DNA of 64,000 nt from Fibrobacteria bacterium (GCA_037447435.1 JBBIGR010000022.1:1-64000), one strand, 5' to 3'. Positions 46,451 to 57,797 are shown, numbered from the stretch's first letter. Numbers and translations are program-made. The notes: generated from the letters alone by a model not told the origin.

Positions 46451-47374
46451 TTATCCCGGTTGCCCGACGATATTCTTGATGCCTTCCAAATAAGTCGTGG
46501 TTTTAAAATTGAACCGTTTATCGAATTTGCCGGAATCGAAGAAATAGTCCCTGTCGTATTGATACATCATTTCCGGCATTTCTTTCATAAGAGGATTAAA
46601 TATACCGAGCAATGAAAGAAGCCACACCGGAAGTACGGAAACGGATTGGTCCGTTTTCATTTCCTTTGCGAATAAGGCTGCGATTTGGGTCCCTGTCAGG
46701 ACGTTGGGATCGGTTGGCAAATGCCAGACCTGATTATACGCATCGGGAGTGTTTCCCAATAATGCCGTTGCTTTTGCCGCATCGGGCGTATAGGTAAAGG
46801 AATGTTTTTTATTCGGGTCGACAAACCAATAGGGCTTTTTCCCTTTCTTCAGGTTTTTATAAACAAGTTCGATCAGAGCGCTTTTATCGTTATCGGGTCC
46901 GTAAAAATCGGCAGACCGGGCAATTAATGCGGTCAGGTTTCCTGTTGTTACCTCGTGCAAAAGCATATCGGCTATTTGCTTTCGTACCAATCCCTTTTTA
47001 CTCGGCGGATTTATTGCCGACTCTTCTGTCATATGGGAAATCGTTTCTTTCGCATACATATACACATTGTCAAAAAACACAAGCTTCGCTTTGTAAAGTA
47101 CACAGGCATCGATTACCGCGCGCATCAGTTTGGGCCAATTTTTTTGCCACACTTTGAGATTATAGTCGAATCCGACGACCAAATAAACTATTTCCGATCC
47201 GGCAATGGCTTTTTCGACCAGTCCGATGTCGGATAAATCGGCCGGGAATAATTCGTCGCTCTGATTGATTTTTTTCGGATGCCGGCTTACCAAGCGGATT
47301 TTATCGGTATACTTGTTCAATTCCCTTGCCAAAACAGTACCGATTGTTCCATTTGCCCCAAGAATTGTTTGCAT
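46451..47374 (-). CDS. NAD-dependent epimerase/dehydratase family protein
   Basis: GANGTIG, DNVYMY, RSADFYGP. Confidence 0.85.
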   Translation of the reverse strand: MQTILGANGTIGTVLARELNKYTDKIRLVSRHPKKINQSDELFPADLSDIGLVEKAIAGSEIVYLVVGFDYNLKVWQKNWPKLMRAVIDACVLYKAKLVFFDNVYMYAKETISHMTEESAINPPSKKGLVRKQIADMLLHEVTTGNLTALIARSADFYGPDNDKSALIELVYKNLKKGKKPYWFVDPNKKHSFTYTPDAAKATALLGNTPDAYNQVWHLPTDPNVLTGTQIAALFAKEMKTDQSVSVLPVWLLSLLGIFNPLMKEMPEMMYQYDRDYFFDSGKFDKRFNFKTTTYLEGIKNIVGQPG

Positions 47375-47403
47375 GAAAAACTCCTATTGCAGACGAAAAG
47401 GAA

Positions 47404-47661
47404 TCATTTCTTTTTATTGAGAATCGTTTCAGCGGATTCTATTGCCGTTTCAAGGATTTTGCCGACCTTCTCCTCTGCGCTATCAAGATTGCGTAAGCTT
47501 ACTTTGAGCGATGAAACCGCTTTTGCCTTGAATAAATATTTGGATCCGCACTTATGGCATTTTGCCTCCAAATCTTCGATGATCTTTATAAATTTGACTT
47601 TCATTTTTTTCTTACATCCTGGGCAGGCCAGTTCGACGCTTTGTTTTTCGGCCGAGGGCAT
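47404..47661 (-). CDS. Small zinc-ribbon protein
   Basis: CPGC...CHKC, AAGGAG RBS before ATG 47661. Confidence 0.65.
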   Translation of the reverse strand: MPSAEKQSVELACPGCKKKMKVKFIKIIEDLEAKCHKCGSKYLFKAKAVSSLKVSLRNLDSAEEKVGKILETAIESAETILNKKK

Positions 47662-47890
47662 ATAAACTCCTTTTTTAAAATTGAGGAACACTCGCATCGC
47701 CGTTAAAGATTGCGGCATTGCGTTTTGTCCGGAATAGTATTAACCGCAAAAATTGTGCCTGTTTAAATAGAAAATGTTGATATAAAGTGGATTTTTAGTT
47801 GTTTATTCGGGATGTCTAGGCGTGTTGCGATACGATTCGAGGCAATGAAAAAAAGAAGCGAACGTTGTGGTCATCGAAACTGGGAAAATG

Positions 47891-47930
47891 AAAAGGGCAG
47901 GAAGAATCCTGCCCTTGCGACATGAGACTT
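47891..47930. repeat. 40-bp direct repeat copy 1 (contains a terminator hairpin)
   Basis: AAAAGGGCAGGAAGAATCCTGCCCTTGCGACATGAGACTT, 39/40 identical to 49279-49318. Confidence 0.9.
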
Positions 47931-47973
47931 GTAACTCGATGCCTCTTGCGCGGTTCACCGCACCGGGCAGTTC

Positions 47974-49110
47974 CTATTTTACGAAAATCGTTTGAGCTTG
48001 ATTACGTTCCGGCGTTGCCATTTTCACGACATAGGCGCCAGGAGCGATGGAAAAACCCGAATTGCCTTTGCCCAAAGCAATAATGTGGGTTCCGGCGTCT
48101 TGAGTTCCGGAGGCAAGTTTTTGTAAACAACTACCGTTCATGTTGAACAATTCGATGTTCACGCATTGCGCCGACGAAACACAATACCGGATTTCGCCGG
48201 CCCCCGCGGTACCGTTATTGATAATAGAAAATATAGATTGCGGCGCCTGCTGCGTCGTGAGGGCCGCAAGCACCGGGGTTATATTTTTGTTGACATAATA
48301 CGCTGTGACGCTGTCGCATACCTTCGGAGCCCGGGCTATTTCCCAGACCATAATGCCGCCGTAGCCGTTGTTTATCGTATAATTGATTTTTGCATCAATG
48401 TCCGACGGGTTGCCGTTCGGTCCGTTGCCCGCTTCGTTGGGTCCGTCGACCTCGTTGTCGGTGTCGTATCCATAACCGAGTCCAAGTTTGCTTTTTGCGA
48501 CCCCTTTGCTTGTAAATGCCGCAAGCTGCGTGGGCACCGGAGCGCCGCCGCCGGTGAGATAGTCATAATACGACATCAGGTTGAGCTGGTCCGCATACGC
48601 CGCGACCGGCACGGTATACTGCGCCAACCCCATCCCGGTTGCGATGGTCAACAGCGGTTTCGGTGAGATCTTTCCGAGAGCGGCGCTGAGCTGCTGGACA
48701 AAGGCGGTGTATTGGGCGCTGTTGACATTGTCTTCCCAGTCGATGTCGACACCGTCGAATTTTTGCGCGGTCATTGCATTGACGATTGTCGTAATGAAAT
48801 TCGCGAGGTTGTTGTTCGATGTCGATGTCATGAATGAGCCGCCGGCCCCGCCGCCGCCGATGCACAGAAGCGCCTTTGTGTTATTATTATGACATGCGGT
48901 GGTGAATGTCTGACCTTCGCTGGTGGATGGCGGATTGATACTTCCGTTAAAATAGGCGATATGGGTGTAACATTTGAAATTCGTATTTGCGACACTCTGC
49001 GGCCCCCATGTCGTGTGATATCCGGTTGACCATCCGACATACTTTCTTTGGGCAAATGCCGCTGACCACAAAAACGTAAAAACAAGTATGCAGAGTTGAA
49101 TTTTTTTCAT
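47974..49110 (-). CDS. Secreted GH18 glycoside hydrolase with T9SS-type C-terminal domain
   Basis: Signal peptide, CIGG, DGVDIDWE, YGGIMVWE; C-terminal FNMNG...PGAYVVK. Confidence 0.88.
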   Translation of the reverse strand: MKKIQLCILVFTFLWSAAFAQRKYVGWSTGYHTTWGPQSVANTNFKCYTHIAYFNGSINPPSTSEGQTFTTACHNNNTKALLCIGGGGAGGSFMTSTSNNNLANFITTIVNAMTAQKFDGVDIDWEDNVNSAQYTAFVQQLSAALGKISPKPLLTIATGMGLAQYTVPVAAYADQLNLMSYYDYLTGGGAPVPTQLAAFTSKGVAKSKLGLGYGYDTDNEVDGPNEAGNGPNGNPSDIDAKINYTINNGYGGIMVWEIARAPKVCDSVTAYYVNKNITPVLAALTTQQAPQSIFSIINNGTAGAGEIRYCVSSAQCVNIELFNMNGSCLQKLASGTQDAGTHIIALGKGNSGFSIAPGAYVVKMATPERNQAQTIFVK

Positions 49111-49278
49111 CGTTTAACCCCTTAAATTGAAAACGTAAACTTTGCCCTGCCAATAAAACATAAAGATATAGAAAAAATACCGAAATGCCGGGAAATACTA
49201 AGTTGGTTTGAATTAAATGTATTCGGGCTGGATACGAGAGAGACGGAGTTATGGCTGCTTTTGCTGAATAACCATAAA

Positions 49279-49318
49279 AAAAGGGCAGGAAGAATCCTGC
49301 CCTTGCGGCATGAGACTT
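49279..49318. repeat. 40-bp direct repeat copy 2 (terminator of the upstream lipoprotein gene)
   Basis: AAAAGGGCAGGAAGAATCCTGCCCTTGCGGCATGAGACTT; AAGGGCAGGA/TCCTGCCCTT stem with T7 on the minus strand. Confidence 0.9.
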
Positions 49319-49332
49319 ACGAGAAAGGGCAG

Positions 49333-50352
49333 TTAAAAGAAATTTTTCTCTGTGTAATGATCGCCGTTTTCATACACGAGTTTCTGTATTGCACCTTTTG
49401 TTTTTGGGAAAACCAATTTGATTTTCTTTGTTTCGCGCTGCGTATCGAGGATTTCCGGATCGATCTTTGAAGCGGGAAGCGCTTTGTACTTTTCGCCGCT
49501 TGCATCGACAAGATAGAAATTCTCCGGCTTGATGCGCTGCGGATTATAGGAATTGTTGAACATGGAAACCGTCATAGTGGTCGTTCCGCCGATAACCGCA
49601 AGGAAGATATCGTATTTGTTTACGCGCGGATCAAGTTTGCCGTCGATCACTTTTGCATAACCGGAGACCGTATTTACGTTTGCTTTGTATAAATTCGAAA
49701 GAAGTTCTTTTGCGCCGGGATAAGCCGGATCGTAGACAAGAACAAGTTTGACGTAATATTCCGCTTTAATAAGCGCTTCTGGATCTTTTTCCTGCTTGCC
49801 TTCGGTATAGGCTTGCGACGCCATGTCAAAGAATTGCTTTGTGAAATCGCCTATAAGGGCTTTTTGCTTTGCAAGAATGGGTGCGGGATTATCGGTAATC
49901 GTGGCCGCTTTGGCGAGCCATAAAAGTCCGTCGTCGAGTTTGTTGCGGGAAACGCTGGAATCGGCCATGATGACGATGAAATCACAATATCTCTGATGTA
50001 TTTCAGGGCTTACATCTTTTGTAAGTAACGTGTCGATGTCGGACATGAAAAGCTTGAGCGCATCCATATCATACGTGCCTTCGGTAAGAACCATGTTGGC
50101 GCGGTTAAGAGACATTTCAATGAAGCGCTGACGGAATTTCGTGGAGAGCTTGTTTTTATCCGGCTCAGCCTGAAGTACTTTTTGATAATAAATGTATGCC
50201 CGTTTTTCAAGCAAACGTTTGTTGAGACCTTCGGCATGCTTGGACTGATTGTATGCTTTGTCGCCTTTGCCTTCATTCGAATAGAGGGAGGAACACGAGA
50301 ACATCAGTATAAAAACGTTTAAGCACAAAAGACCGGCGACAATCTTTTTCAT
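49333..50352 (-). CDS. Hypothetical helical (TPR-like) lipoprotein
   Basis: GAGGAGG RBS, MKKIVAGLLCLNVFILMFSC lipobox. Confidence 0.7.
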   Translation of the reverse strand: MKKIVAGLLCLNVFILMFSCSSLYSNEGKGDKAYNQSKHAEGLNKRLLEKRAYIYYQKVLQAEPDKNKLSTKFRQRFIEMSLNRANMVLTEGTYDMDALKLFMSDIDTLLTKDVSPEIHQRYCDFIVIMADSSVSRNKLDDGLLWLAKAATITDNPAPILAKQKALIGDFTKQFFDMASQAYTEGKQEKDPEALIKAEYYVKLVLVYDPAYPGAKELLSNLYKANVNTVSGYAKVIDGKLDPRVNKYDIFLAVIGGTTTMTVSMFNNSYNPQRIKPENFYLVDASGEKYKALPASKIDPEILDTQRETKKIKLVFPKTKGAIQKLVYENGDHYTEKNFF

Positions 50353-50500
50353 TGCATCCTCCTCATAAAATATGTAAGTTAGTACAAACAAAATTTAAAC
50401 GCGTAACACTAAAAGATGATTTTTTACAAAAGTATTGTCAACAAGAATCAATGCAAGCCCGCGTATTAACGCTTGCAAGGGAAAAAACGGAAAAGAGTTT

Positions 50501-51814
50501 ATGGAAACTTCTCGGGAAAAAGCAGGTTTGGAAATTATCCGGCGATTGCGCGAAAACGGCTATAACGCTTTATATGCGGGCGGCTATGTGAGGGATATGA
50601 TTCTTGGCGCGCAAAAGCGGGGGGATATCGATATTGCCACCGGTGCGACACCGCAACAGATAACCGGTCTGTTTCGGAATGTCGTGGGCGTTGGCGAACA
50701 TTTTGGCGTGATGATCGTGGTGATCGATGAAATTCCGTTTGAAGTGGCCACGTTTCGAAAAGATATCGGTATTGCCGACAACCGGCATCCGACTTCCGTT
50801 TCATTTACCGACGCCCGGGAAGATGCGTTGCGTCGGGATTTTACCATAAACGGCATGTTTTACGATCCGCTTACCGGCGAGATCCTTGATTATGTCGAAG
50901 GCCGGACAGACCTTGAAAAAGGCGTTATACGCGCCATCGGCGATCCGCGCTTGCGCTTTGAGGAAGACTATTTGCGGATGATTCGTGCGGTACGGTTCGG
51001 CGCCCGCTTTAATTTTTCGATTGAAAAAAAAACGTGGGACGCACTGGTCGACTGTGCGAAGGGGATATCCAAAATTTCGGCGGAGCGGATTTTTCAAGAG
51101 CTTGACAAAATACTTTTAGGGCCGAATCCGGACAAGGCGCTTGTGATGCTCAAGGACAGCGGCTTGCTCGCCATGGTGCTTCCTGAGGTTGCGGCCTGTT
51201 GGGGCGTTGAACAACCCAGGGAATTTCACCCCGAAGGCGATGTATTCGCGCATATCGTGCTTGCGCTGTCGAAACTGTCGTGCCCTACGCAGATCGCCGC
51301 ATGGAGCACCCTGCTTCATGATATCGGCAAGCCCGGCACCATGGTGGTCGCCGACAGGATACGTTTTTCGAACCACGACGTTGCCGGAGCCCGTTTGACC
51401 GAACGCCTCCTGCGGCGGCTGAAGGCGCCTTCGCAACTGATCGAGGGAGTGTATGAGGTCGTTGTCAATCATATGAATTTCATGAATGTGCAGAAAATGC
51501 GCTTGTCGACGCTGAAAAAGTTTTTGAGCCGTCCGACCCTCGAAGATGAATTGACATTGCATAAAATAGATTGTTTGGCAAGCCATGGCGACATATCGAA
51601 TTTCGACTTCATCAGGCAAAAGCAGAAGGAATTGTCGGTTGAAACGATCAAGCCGGTGCCGCTGATCGGCGGAAAGGACCTCATTGCACTCGGATTTAAG
51701 CCCGGGCCCGTTTTCGGACAAATGCTGGACCAAATGTACGACCTGCAGCTTGAGGAAAAAATTGAAACCCGTCAGCAGGCAATCGATTGGGTTCTGCAAC
51801 AATATAAAATATAA
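50501..51814 (+). CDS. cca: CCA tRNA nucleotidyltransferase (class II, with HD domain)
   Basis: GGYVRD, DIDIAT, EVATFR, RRDFTIN, EDYLR.IRA.RF, LLHDIGKP; start ATG 50501. Confidence 0.85.
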   Translation: METSREKAGLEIIRRLRENGYNALYAGGYVRDMILGAQKRGDIDIATGATPQQITGLFRNVVGVGEHFGVMIVVIDEIPFEVATFRKDIGIADNRHPTSVSFTDAREDALRRDFTINGMFYDPLTGEILDYVEGRTDLEKGVIRAIGDPRLRFEEDYLRMIRAVRFGARFNFSIEKKTWDALVDCAKGISKISAERIFQELDKILLGPNPDKALVMLKDSGLLAMVLPEVAACWGVEQPREFHPEGDVFAHIVLALSKLSCPTQIAAWSTLLHDIGKPGTMVVADRIRFSNHDVAGARLTERLLRRLKAPSQLIEGVYEVVVNHMNFMNVQKMRLSTLKKFLSRPTLEDELTLHKIDCLASHGDISNFDFIRQKQKELSVETIKPVPLIGGKDLIALGFKPGPVFGQMLDQMYDLQLEEKIETRQQAIDWVLQQYKI

Positions 51815-51895
51815 GCTATTTTTGTTTTTGATAATTTTGTTTTCCGAATACCATATCTTATATTTACTCTTCATCGTTTCGGGTAAGCATCTTGT

Positions 51896-51921
51896 GGAGG
51901 CGGGCGAAAGCCCGTTTTTTA
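51896..51921 (+). promoter_or_regulatory. rimP-leader-like hairpin/attenuator
   Basis: GCGGGC-GAAA-GCCCGT followed by a T-run upstream of rimP. Confidence 0.65.
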
Positions 51922-52000
51922 TTATCTGCAGGTTGCTGCGCGGAATGTAAAAATAAGATTTTTTATGCGTGGACGCGGATAAGATGTGAAAGGTCTTTGT

Positions 52001-52465
52001 ATGTCATCGCTTGACGAAATAAAGCCGCTTATAGAAGAAAAACTGAAATTTTTACGCATGGACTTGTTCGATATTAAGTTCATTTCCGCCGGCAAACGTT
52101 CGGTCCTGAGGATTTCGATCGATAAGGAAGGCGGCGTTTCCATAGATGATTGTGAAAAAGCAAGTAATGAAATTTCCGTGCTTTTGGATGTGGAGGATTT
52201 TTCGCCGGGCCAGTATTCGCTTGAAGTGTCGTCGCCCGGCGCCGATCGGACTCTGACAACGCAAAAGCACTTTAAGAACGTCGTTGGTCAGTACGTTATT
52301 ATTACGCTCAAGCCTTCGGAAAACGGGGGCTCGGCGAAAACGGTCGTCGGAAAGTGCTTGGCCAGCGTAAACGACGAGGTTGTCGTTGAGCTGGACAATG
52401 GGGAAGAAAAAAAACTGCCGTTGTCGACCATTGAAAAAGGAAAAATAGATATCAGGTTTAAGTAA
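52001..52465 (+). CDS. rimP: Ribosome maturation factor RimP
   Basis: LRI.IDKEGG..IDDC, YSLEVSSPG.DR; synteny with nusA. Confidence 0.93.
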   Translation: MSSLDEIKPLIEEKLKFLRMDLFDIKFISAGKRSVLRISIDKEGGVSIDDCEKASNEISVLLDVEDFSPGQYSLEVSSPGADRTLTTQKHFKNVVGQYVIITLKPSENGGSAKTVVGKCLASVNDEVVVELDNGEEKKLPLSTIEKGKIDIRFK

Positions 52466-52586
52466 AGACGGTTATTTGCAAAACAAAGAAATGCACGATT
52501 GTGCCGTAACGTACTAGTATGCACCGTGGGCTTACGAATCTTATACAGAAGAATTTGCATAAAAATAATAGGGAAGGAACCGTATC

Positions 52587-53930
52587 ATGAAACGGAAGAG
52601 CAAAAACGAAAACGTCAAAGCTCTCGATATTGTTGCCGCCATCGGCGGAGTGACAAAAGAAAAAAGCATCAGCATGGACCTCGTGATCGAGACGCTTCGC
52701 GATGCACTTTGTACTGCGGCAAAACGGTATCTTGGAACGCCGACAAACGTAGAAGTCAAAGTGGAACGTGAAAAAGGCGTCATTGAAGTATACACGCGCC
52801 AGACGGTTGTTGAAACCATTGTTGATCCGGAAAAAGAAATTACGGTCGAAGATGCAAAGGCCGTTGATCCTGAACTTGAGGTCGGCGACGAACTCATGCA
52901 GGATCTGGACATCGATTTGTTCGGTCGTACCGCCATTGCAACTGCGAAACAGGTCATTATACAACGGGTACGCGAAGCAGAACGCGAAAAAGTGTTCGCC
53001 GATTTTAGCGAACGCATCGGCGAGCTCGTTACCGGATCGGTTCAGCAAATCGACAAGGGGAATATTCTGGTGAATCTCGGTCGCACCGAAGCGTTGTTGC
53101 CTTATAAGGAACAGATCCGGAAAGAGCGGTATCGCCAGGGCGATCCGATACGCGGATGCATTGTGGATGTCAAGAACAATCCGAAAGGGCCGCAGGTTGT
53201 AATTTCCCGCACCGCGCCGGAATTTCTCGCGCGCCTGTTTGAACTTGAAGTACCTGAAATTTTCGATAAAACCGTCAAAATCGTCAAGGTCGTTCGCGAT
53301 CCCGGGTTCCGGAGCAAAATCGCGGTAACGACAAGCGACGATCGGGTTGATCCGGTCGGCGCTTGCGTCGGAATGAGGGGAAACCGCGTGCAGGCGATTG
53401 TCCGCGAACTTTCAAACGAACGCATTGATATCATTAACTGGACCGACGAACTTTCTTTACTCGTGCGCCGCGTGTTTTCGCCCGCAGAAGTCAAACGGGT
53501 TATTCCGGTGACCGAGAAAAAAATACTTGTCATTATTCGTGAAGAAGATTTGGCGCAGGCGATCGGTAAGGAAGGCCAGAACATTCGCTTGGCATCTAAA
53601 ATGTTGGAACGCGACATCGATGTGTACGGCGACGAAGAGTTTGCCGGTTTTTCGGAAGAAGAACGGAATTCGATTCAGAACGGATCTCCTGTTAAACAAA
53701 CCGAAGAATCGTCCGATTCCGGCGTGCCCCAAGGCATTGATGAAAATGAAGAAGTCGAATCGACGGAATTAAATGCCGACGGAGAAATCTCTACCGACGA
53801 AATGCCGGTCGAAACATTGGTGGAAAACGCCGTTGAAAATGATTCCGAAGAAGAACTCAATATCGATCCCGATAAAAACGTTTTAGGGACTGCATCACCG
53901 GCAATGGAAAGTGAAGACGAAGAGGCATAA
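52587..53930 (+). CDS. nusA: Transcription termination/antitermination factor NusA (acidic C-terminal tail)
   Basis: GRTAIATAKQVI.Q, LFELEVPEI, DPVGACVG.RG.R, AIGKEGQNIRLA. Confidence 0.97.
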   Translation: MKRKSKNENVKALDIVAAIGGVTKEKSISMDLVIETLRDALCTAAKRYLGTPTNVEVKVEREKGVIEVYTRQTVVETIVDPEKEITVEDAKAVDPELEVGDELMQDLDIDLFGRTAIATAKQVIIQRVREAEREKVFADFSERIGELVTGSVQQIDKGNILVNLGRTEALLPYKEQIRKERYRQGDPIRGCIVDVKNNPKGPQVVISRTAPEFLARLFELEVPEIFDKTVKIVKVVRDPGFRSKIAVTTSDDRVDPVGACVGMRGNRVQAIVRELSNERIDIINWTDELSLLVRRVFSPAEVKRVIPVTEKKILVIIREEDLAQAIGKEGQNIRLASKMLERDIDVYGDEEFAGFSEEERNSIQNGSPVKQTEESSDSGVPQGIDENEEVESTELNADGEISTDEMPVETLVENAVENDSEEELNIDPDKNVLGTASPAMESEDEEA

Positions 53931-54032
53931 AATTTTTCGGTTCCAATTTTCCGGTATAGCGTTTCTTTCGAACGATGCGGTTTCTTGCCCCTAATCATGG
54001 GTAAAGGAGCCGAAAACCAATAGAGGTCATTA

Positions 54033-56492
54033 ATGGCAAAAGAAAAAGTTTACAAATTAGCTCAGGAATTCAAAGTCTCAAGTGAGGCGCTTGTTCAAAT
54101 GCTCCGCCAGATGGGTATTCCGGTCAAGAGCCATATGAGTACGGTCGATGAAAACCTGAGGGATGAAATAAAGAAAAAATTCGAACAGGAACGCGCCGAG
54201 ATTAAGAAGGAATATGAACGGAAAAAGCAGATTATTGTCAAAGCAAAAGAAGACCTTCTTACAAAAATGGACAAACCGGAACCTTCCGTAGTCGAAGAAA
54301 TTAAAAAGACGGTCGTTGCACCGCCCGTAACGGCCGCTCCGGTAGCGCCGGCGGCACCGGTATCGCATGGTATCGAAGAGCAAAAGCAGTTTAAACCGCA
54401 GCATCATCATCATCGCGAATTCGCCAATGCAGAATTTCGCAGGGAAGATCCTTCCCCCAGAATTAAATCAATGGATTTCATGCCGAAAGCGACTCCCGTT
54501 ACTCCAGCTCCCGGTGCACCGTCGCAACCGGCGGCGCATGATAAGCGCGATGACCGGTCGTCGTTTAAAAAAGGGAAAAAGAAGGGCAACAAGAAAAAAG
54601 TCGAGCGGCCTGAAGTTGACGAAATGCAAATGAAGGCGAATGTAAAAAAGACCCTCGCAAAAATCGGATCCGGATCGGAACGGAAAAAATATAAAAAAGA
54701 AGTTCGCGTAAAAGACGACGGGGCCGTTGAAGAAAAGAAGACTCTGAATGTCAGCGAATTTGTAACGGTCGCTGAACTTGCCAACATGATGCAGGCTCCT
54801 GTTTCGGAAGTTATCGCAAAGTGTCTGGAACTCGGTTTGTTTGTGACGATAAATCAACGGTTGGATTTTGAAACCATCGAACTGGTTTCGGATGAATTCG
54901 GATTTACGGCTCAGTTAATGACCGAATATGCGTCCGACGACGAAGATACGTCCGATGAGAGTGCCGAAGGAAAACTTGAGCCTCGCGCTCCGGTTGTCAC
55001 TGTCATGGGGCATGTCGACCACGGTAAAACGTCGCTCTTGGATTATATCAGAAAAACAAATGTCATGGGCGGTGAAGCCGGCGGCATAACCCAGCACATT
55101 GCAGCGTATGAAGTCGTAACCAAACACGGGACCGTAACGTTTCTCGATACGCCCGGGCACGAAGCCTTTACAGCCATGCGTGCGCGCGGGTCGCAAATTA
55201 CCGATGTCATAGTCCTCATCGTTGCCGCCGATGCGGGCGTGATGCCTCAAACAAAAGAAGCGATAGACCATGCGCGGGCTGCAAACGTTCCGTTGGTTGT
55301 CGCTATTAACAAAGTCGATTTGCCGACCGCAAATGTCGATAGAATCAAAAACGAACTTGCCCAATACAACGTTCTTGTCGATACATACGGTGGGCAGATA
55401 ACCTCGGTCGAAATATCCGCCAAGACAGGAAAAGGAATCGATAAATTGCTTGAAATCCTGTCTCTTGAAACGCAAATCATGGAACTTACCGCAAACCCCG
55501 AAGGTAAAGCGAGCGGCGTGGTGATCGAATCGGAACTTGATAAAGGTAAAGGTCCGATCGCGACCGTTCTTGTTCAAAAAGGGACCCTTAAAAAAGGGGA
55601 TGCCTTTGTCACGGGAATTCATTATGGTCGCGTCCGCGATTTATTTAACGATCGCGGAAAAATCGAAGATTTTGCAAAGCCTTCTCAGCCGGTTCTCGTG
55701 CTCGGGCTTTCCGGAACGCCACAGGCGGGCGATTCGTTCAAAGTTGTCGAAGATGAAAAGGAAGCCCGTGAAATCAGCGCTCGTCGTCGCCTTGCTCAAA
55801 AAGAACGCGAATTGCGACGGATGGGCGGTGTTTCCCTCGAACATCTCTATGAGCAAATTCAGGCCGGCAACGTTAAAACCCTTAATTTGATCATCAAAGG
55901 CGATGTCGATGGTTCTGTCGAAGCTCTTGCCGCCTCACTTGAAAAACTCTCGACCAACGAAATCAAGATCCGCGTTATCCTGAAAAGCGTGGGTGCGGTC
56001 AAGGAATCGGACGTCAATCTCGCCGTTGCATCGAGCGCCATCATCATCGGTTTCCACCTGAGTCCTAACAGTAAAATCAGGGACCTTGCGAAACGGGACG
56101 GCGTCGATATTCGTACGTATCGCATTATTTATGAAGCGATAGAAGCGATGAAAAAGGCAATGGAAGGCATGCTTGAGCCCGATATTAAGGAAAACGTATT
56201 GGCAACCATCGAGGTTCGCCAGGTGTTCAAAGTGACCAAGGGCGGCACGATTGCGGGTTGCTATGTCCTAAACGGTTCGGTTAAAAACGGTTCCAAGGCA
56301 CGGCTTATCCGCGACGACGTCGAAATATGCGATACCCGCATATCGTCGTTGCGTCGCCATAAAGACGATGTCCGGGAAGTTGCGTCGGGTTTCGAATGCG
56401 GTTTAACATTGGATAATTTTACCGATTTCAATGAAAACGATCGCATCGAAGTGTATGAAGAAATCCAAGTAGCGCGCAAATTGTCGCTGTAG
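54033..56492 (+). CDS. infB: Translation initiation factor IF-2
   Basis: [34 protein letters not shown]. Confidence 0.98.
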   Translation: MAKEKVYKLAQEFKVSSEALVQMLRQMGIPVKSHMSTVDENLRDEIKKKFEQERAEIKKEYERKKQIIVKAKEDLLTKMDKPEPSVVEEIKKTVVAPPVTAAPVAPAAPVSHGIEEQKQFKPQHHHHREFANAEFRREDPSPRIKSMDFMPKATPVTPAPGAPSQPAAHDKRDDRSSFKKGKKKGNKKKVERPEVDEMQMKANVKKTLAKIGSGSERKKYKKEVRVKDDGAVEEKKTLNVSEFVTVAELANMMQAPVSEVIAKCLELGLFVTINQRLDFETIELVSDEFGFTAQLMTEYASDDEDTSDESAEGKLEPRAPVVTVMGHVDHGKTSLLDYIRKTNVMGGEAGGITQHIAAYEVVTKHGTVTFLDTPGHEAFTAMRARGSQITDVIVLIVAADAGVMPQTKEAIDHARAANVPLVVAINKVDLPTANVDRIKNELAQYNVLVDTYGGQITSVEISAKTGKGIDKLLEILSLETQIMELTANPEGKASGVVIESELDKGKGPIATVLVQKGTLKKGDAFVTGIHYGRVRDLFNDRGKIEDFAKPSQPVLVLGLSGTPQAGDSFKVVEDEKEAREISARRRLAQKERELRRMGGVSLEHLYEQIQAGNVKTLNLIIKGDVDGSVEALAASLEKLSTNEIKIRVILKSVGAVKESDVNLAVASSAIIIGFHLSPNSKIRDLAKRDGVDIRTYRIIYEAIEAMKKAMEGMLEPDIKENVLATIEVRQVFKVTKGGTIAGCYVLNGSVKNGSKARLIRDDVEICDTRISSLRRHKDDVREVASGFECGLTLDNFTDFNENDRIEVYEEIQVARKLSL

Positions 56493-56506
56493 AGAAAGTT
56501 GAACGA

Positions 56507-56863
56507 ATGAGCTATCATGTCGATCGGTTACGGGAGGAGCTGCATAGGGAAATAGGCATTGCAATTGCAAACGAGATGCGCGATCCCCGTATTCCGGAAA
56601 TCGTCACCATTACCGAAATAAAGCTGGCGCCCGATTGTCGTAACGCAACGGTTTTCGTAAGCCTCATGGGAGAAGAAATTGATAAGAAAGAGGCAATCGA
56701 TGCTTTAAATCGGGGGGCGCCTTTTTTACAGCATCTCGTTTCAAAGCGTATTGTCGTTAAATTCGTTCCGAAATTGTATTTCAAATTAGATAAATCGATA
56801 GAACAGAGTAATCATATACATGACCTCTTCAATGCAATCCGCGATGACCTGGACCAACCTTGA
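56507..56863 (+). CDS. rbfA: 30S ribosome-binding factor A
   Basis: RDPR, D...A.VFVS, PKL.F.LD.S; synteny. Confidence 0.92.
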   Translation: MSYHVDRLREELHREIGIAIANEMRDPRIPEIVTITEIKLAPDCRNATVFVSLMGEEIDKKEAIDALNRGAPFLQHLVSKRIVVKFVPKLYFKLDKSIEQSNHIHDLFNAIRDDLDQP

Positions 56864-57797
56864 TAAGGTAATCGAACAAAACACGTCGTTTCTTCTTTCA
56901 TCTCATGTTGGAATTGATGGCGATTGTATCGGGTCTCAGCTTGCTATATATTGGTATTTGACGTCGAAAGGCAAAAAGGTCGTATTGCTCAATCACGATA
57001 CGTTGCCGACAAAATTTCGTTTTCTTAAAAATTCGGAAGTTTTAGTAACCGAAATGCCGAGCGAACGGTTCGACGTCGGAATAATTCTTGATTGTTCGAA
57101 TCCGCTCAGGTTGAAGTGGAGCGGACTTCGCGACAAATGTTCCTTTGTTGTAAACATCGACCATCATCGCGACAACGGAATGTTCGGCGATTTGAATTTT
57201 GTCAAAAAGGGCGGCGCCGCTACAGGGCAAATCGTGTACGAGTTTTTCAACGAAAACAAAATAGATTTTCCGCCGCATGTTGCCGAGTCCCTGTATGCCG
57301 CCATCATGACCGACACAGGGGCTTTCCGCTTTTCCAACACCAGCGGCGACATTCTTCGGATTTGCGGCGATCTCAGCGATCGCGGCGCCGATTGTGCCAA
57401 GATATATGAAAAAGTGTATGCGGCGTTTTCCCAGCAAGGACTCACGTTGCAATCGCGTATTTGGTCGAGCCTTGCGTTTTACCATGACGGGCAAATTTGC
57501 TCGATGGAAATGCCCTATTCCCTTATCGGGGAACTCGGCGCCACGTACGGCGATTCCGAAGGCATGGCGGACCAAACCGTTGTCGGAAACGATATTAAAG
57601 TCGGAATGTTGATAAAATATAATGAAAGCGAGACCCATTTTTCCCTCCGTTCCAGGGGCGAAATCGATGTGGGGAAAATTGCACAATCCGTCGCCGGCGG
57701 CGGCGGACACAGTTGCGCGGCCGGATGTACGGTGACTATGCCCTATGCGCAGGCAAAAGCGTTCATTTTAAATGTCATAGAAAAAGAGCTGGAATAG
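56844..57797 (+). CDS. nrnA: DHH-family phosphoesterase (NrnA-like)
   Basis: H...DGD.IGS, IDHH, TDTG.F, GGGGH..AAG. Confidence 0.88.
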   Translation: MTWTNLDKVIEQNTSFLLSSHVGIDGDCIGSQLAIYWYLTSKGKKVVLLNHDTLPTKFRFLKNSEVLVTEMPSERFDVGIILDCSNPLRLKWSGLRDKCSFVVNIDHHRDNGMFGDLNFVKKGGAATGQIVYEFFNENKIDFPPHVAESLYAAIMTDTGAFRFSNTSGDILRICGDLSDRGADCAKIYEKVYAAFSQQGLTLQSRIWSSLAFYHDGQICSMEMPYSLIGELGATYGDSEGMADQTVVGNDIKVGMLIKYNESETHFSLRSRGEIDVGKIAQSVAGGGGHSCAAGCTVTMPYAQAKAFILNVIEKELE

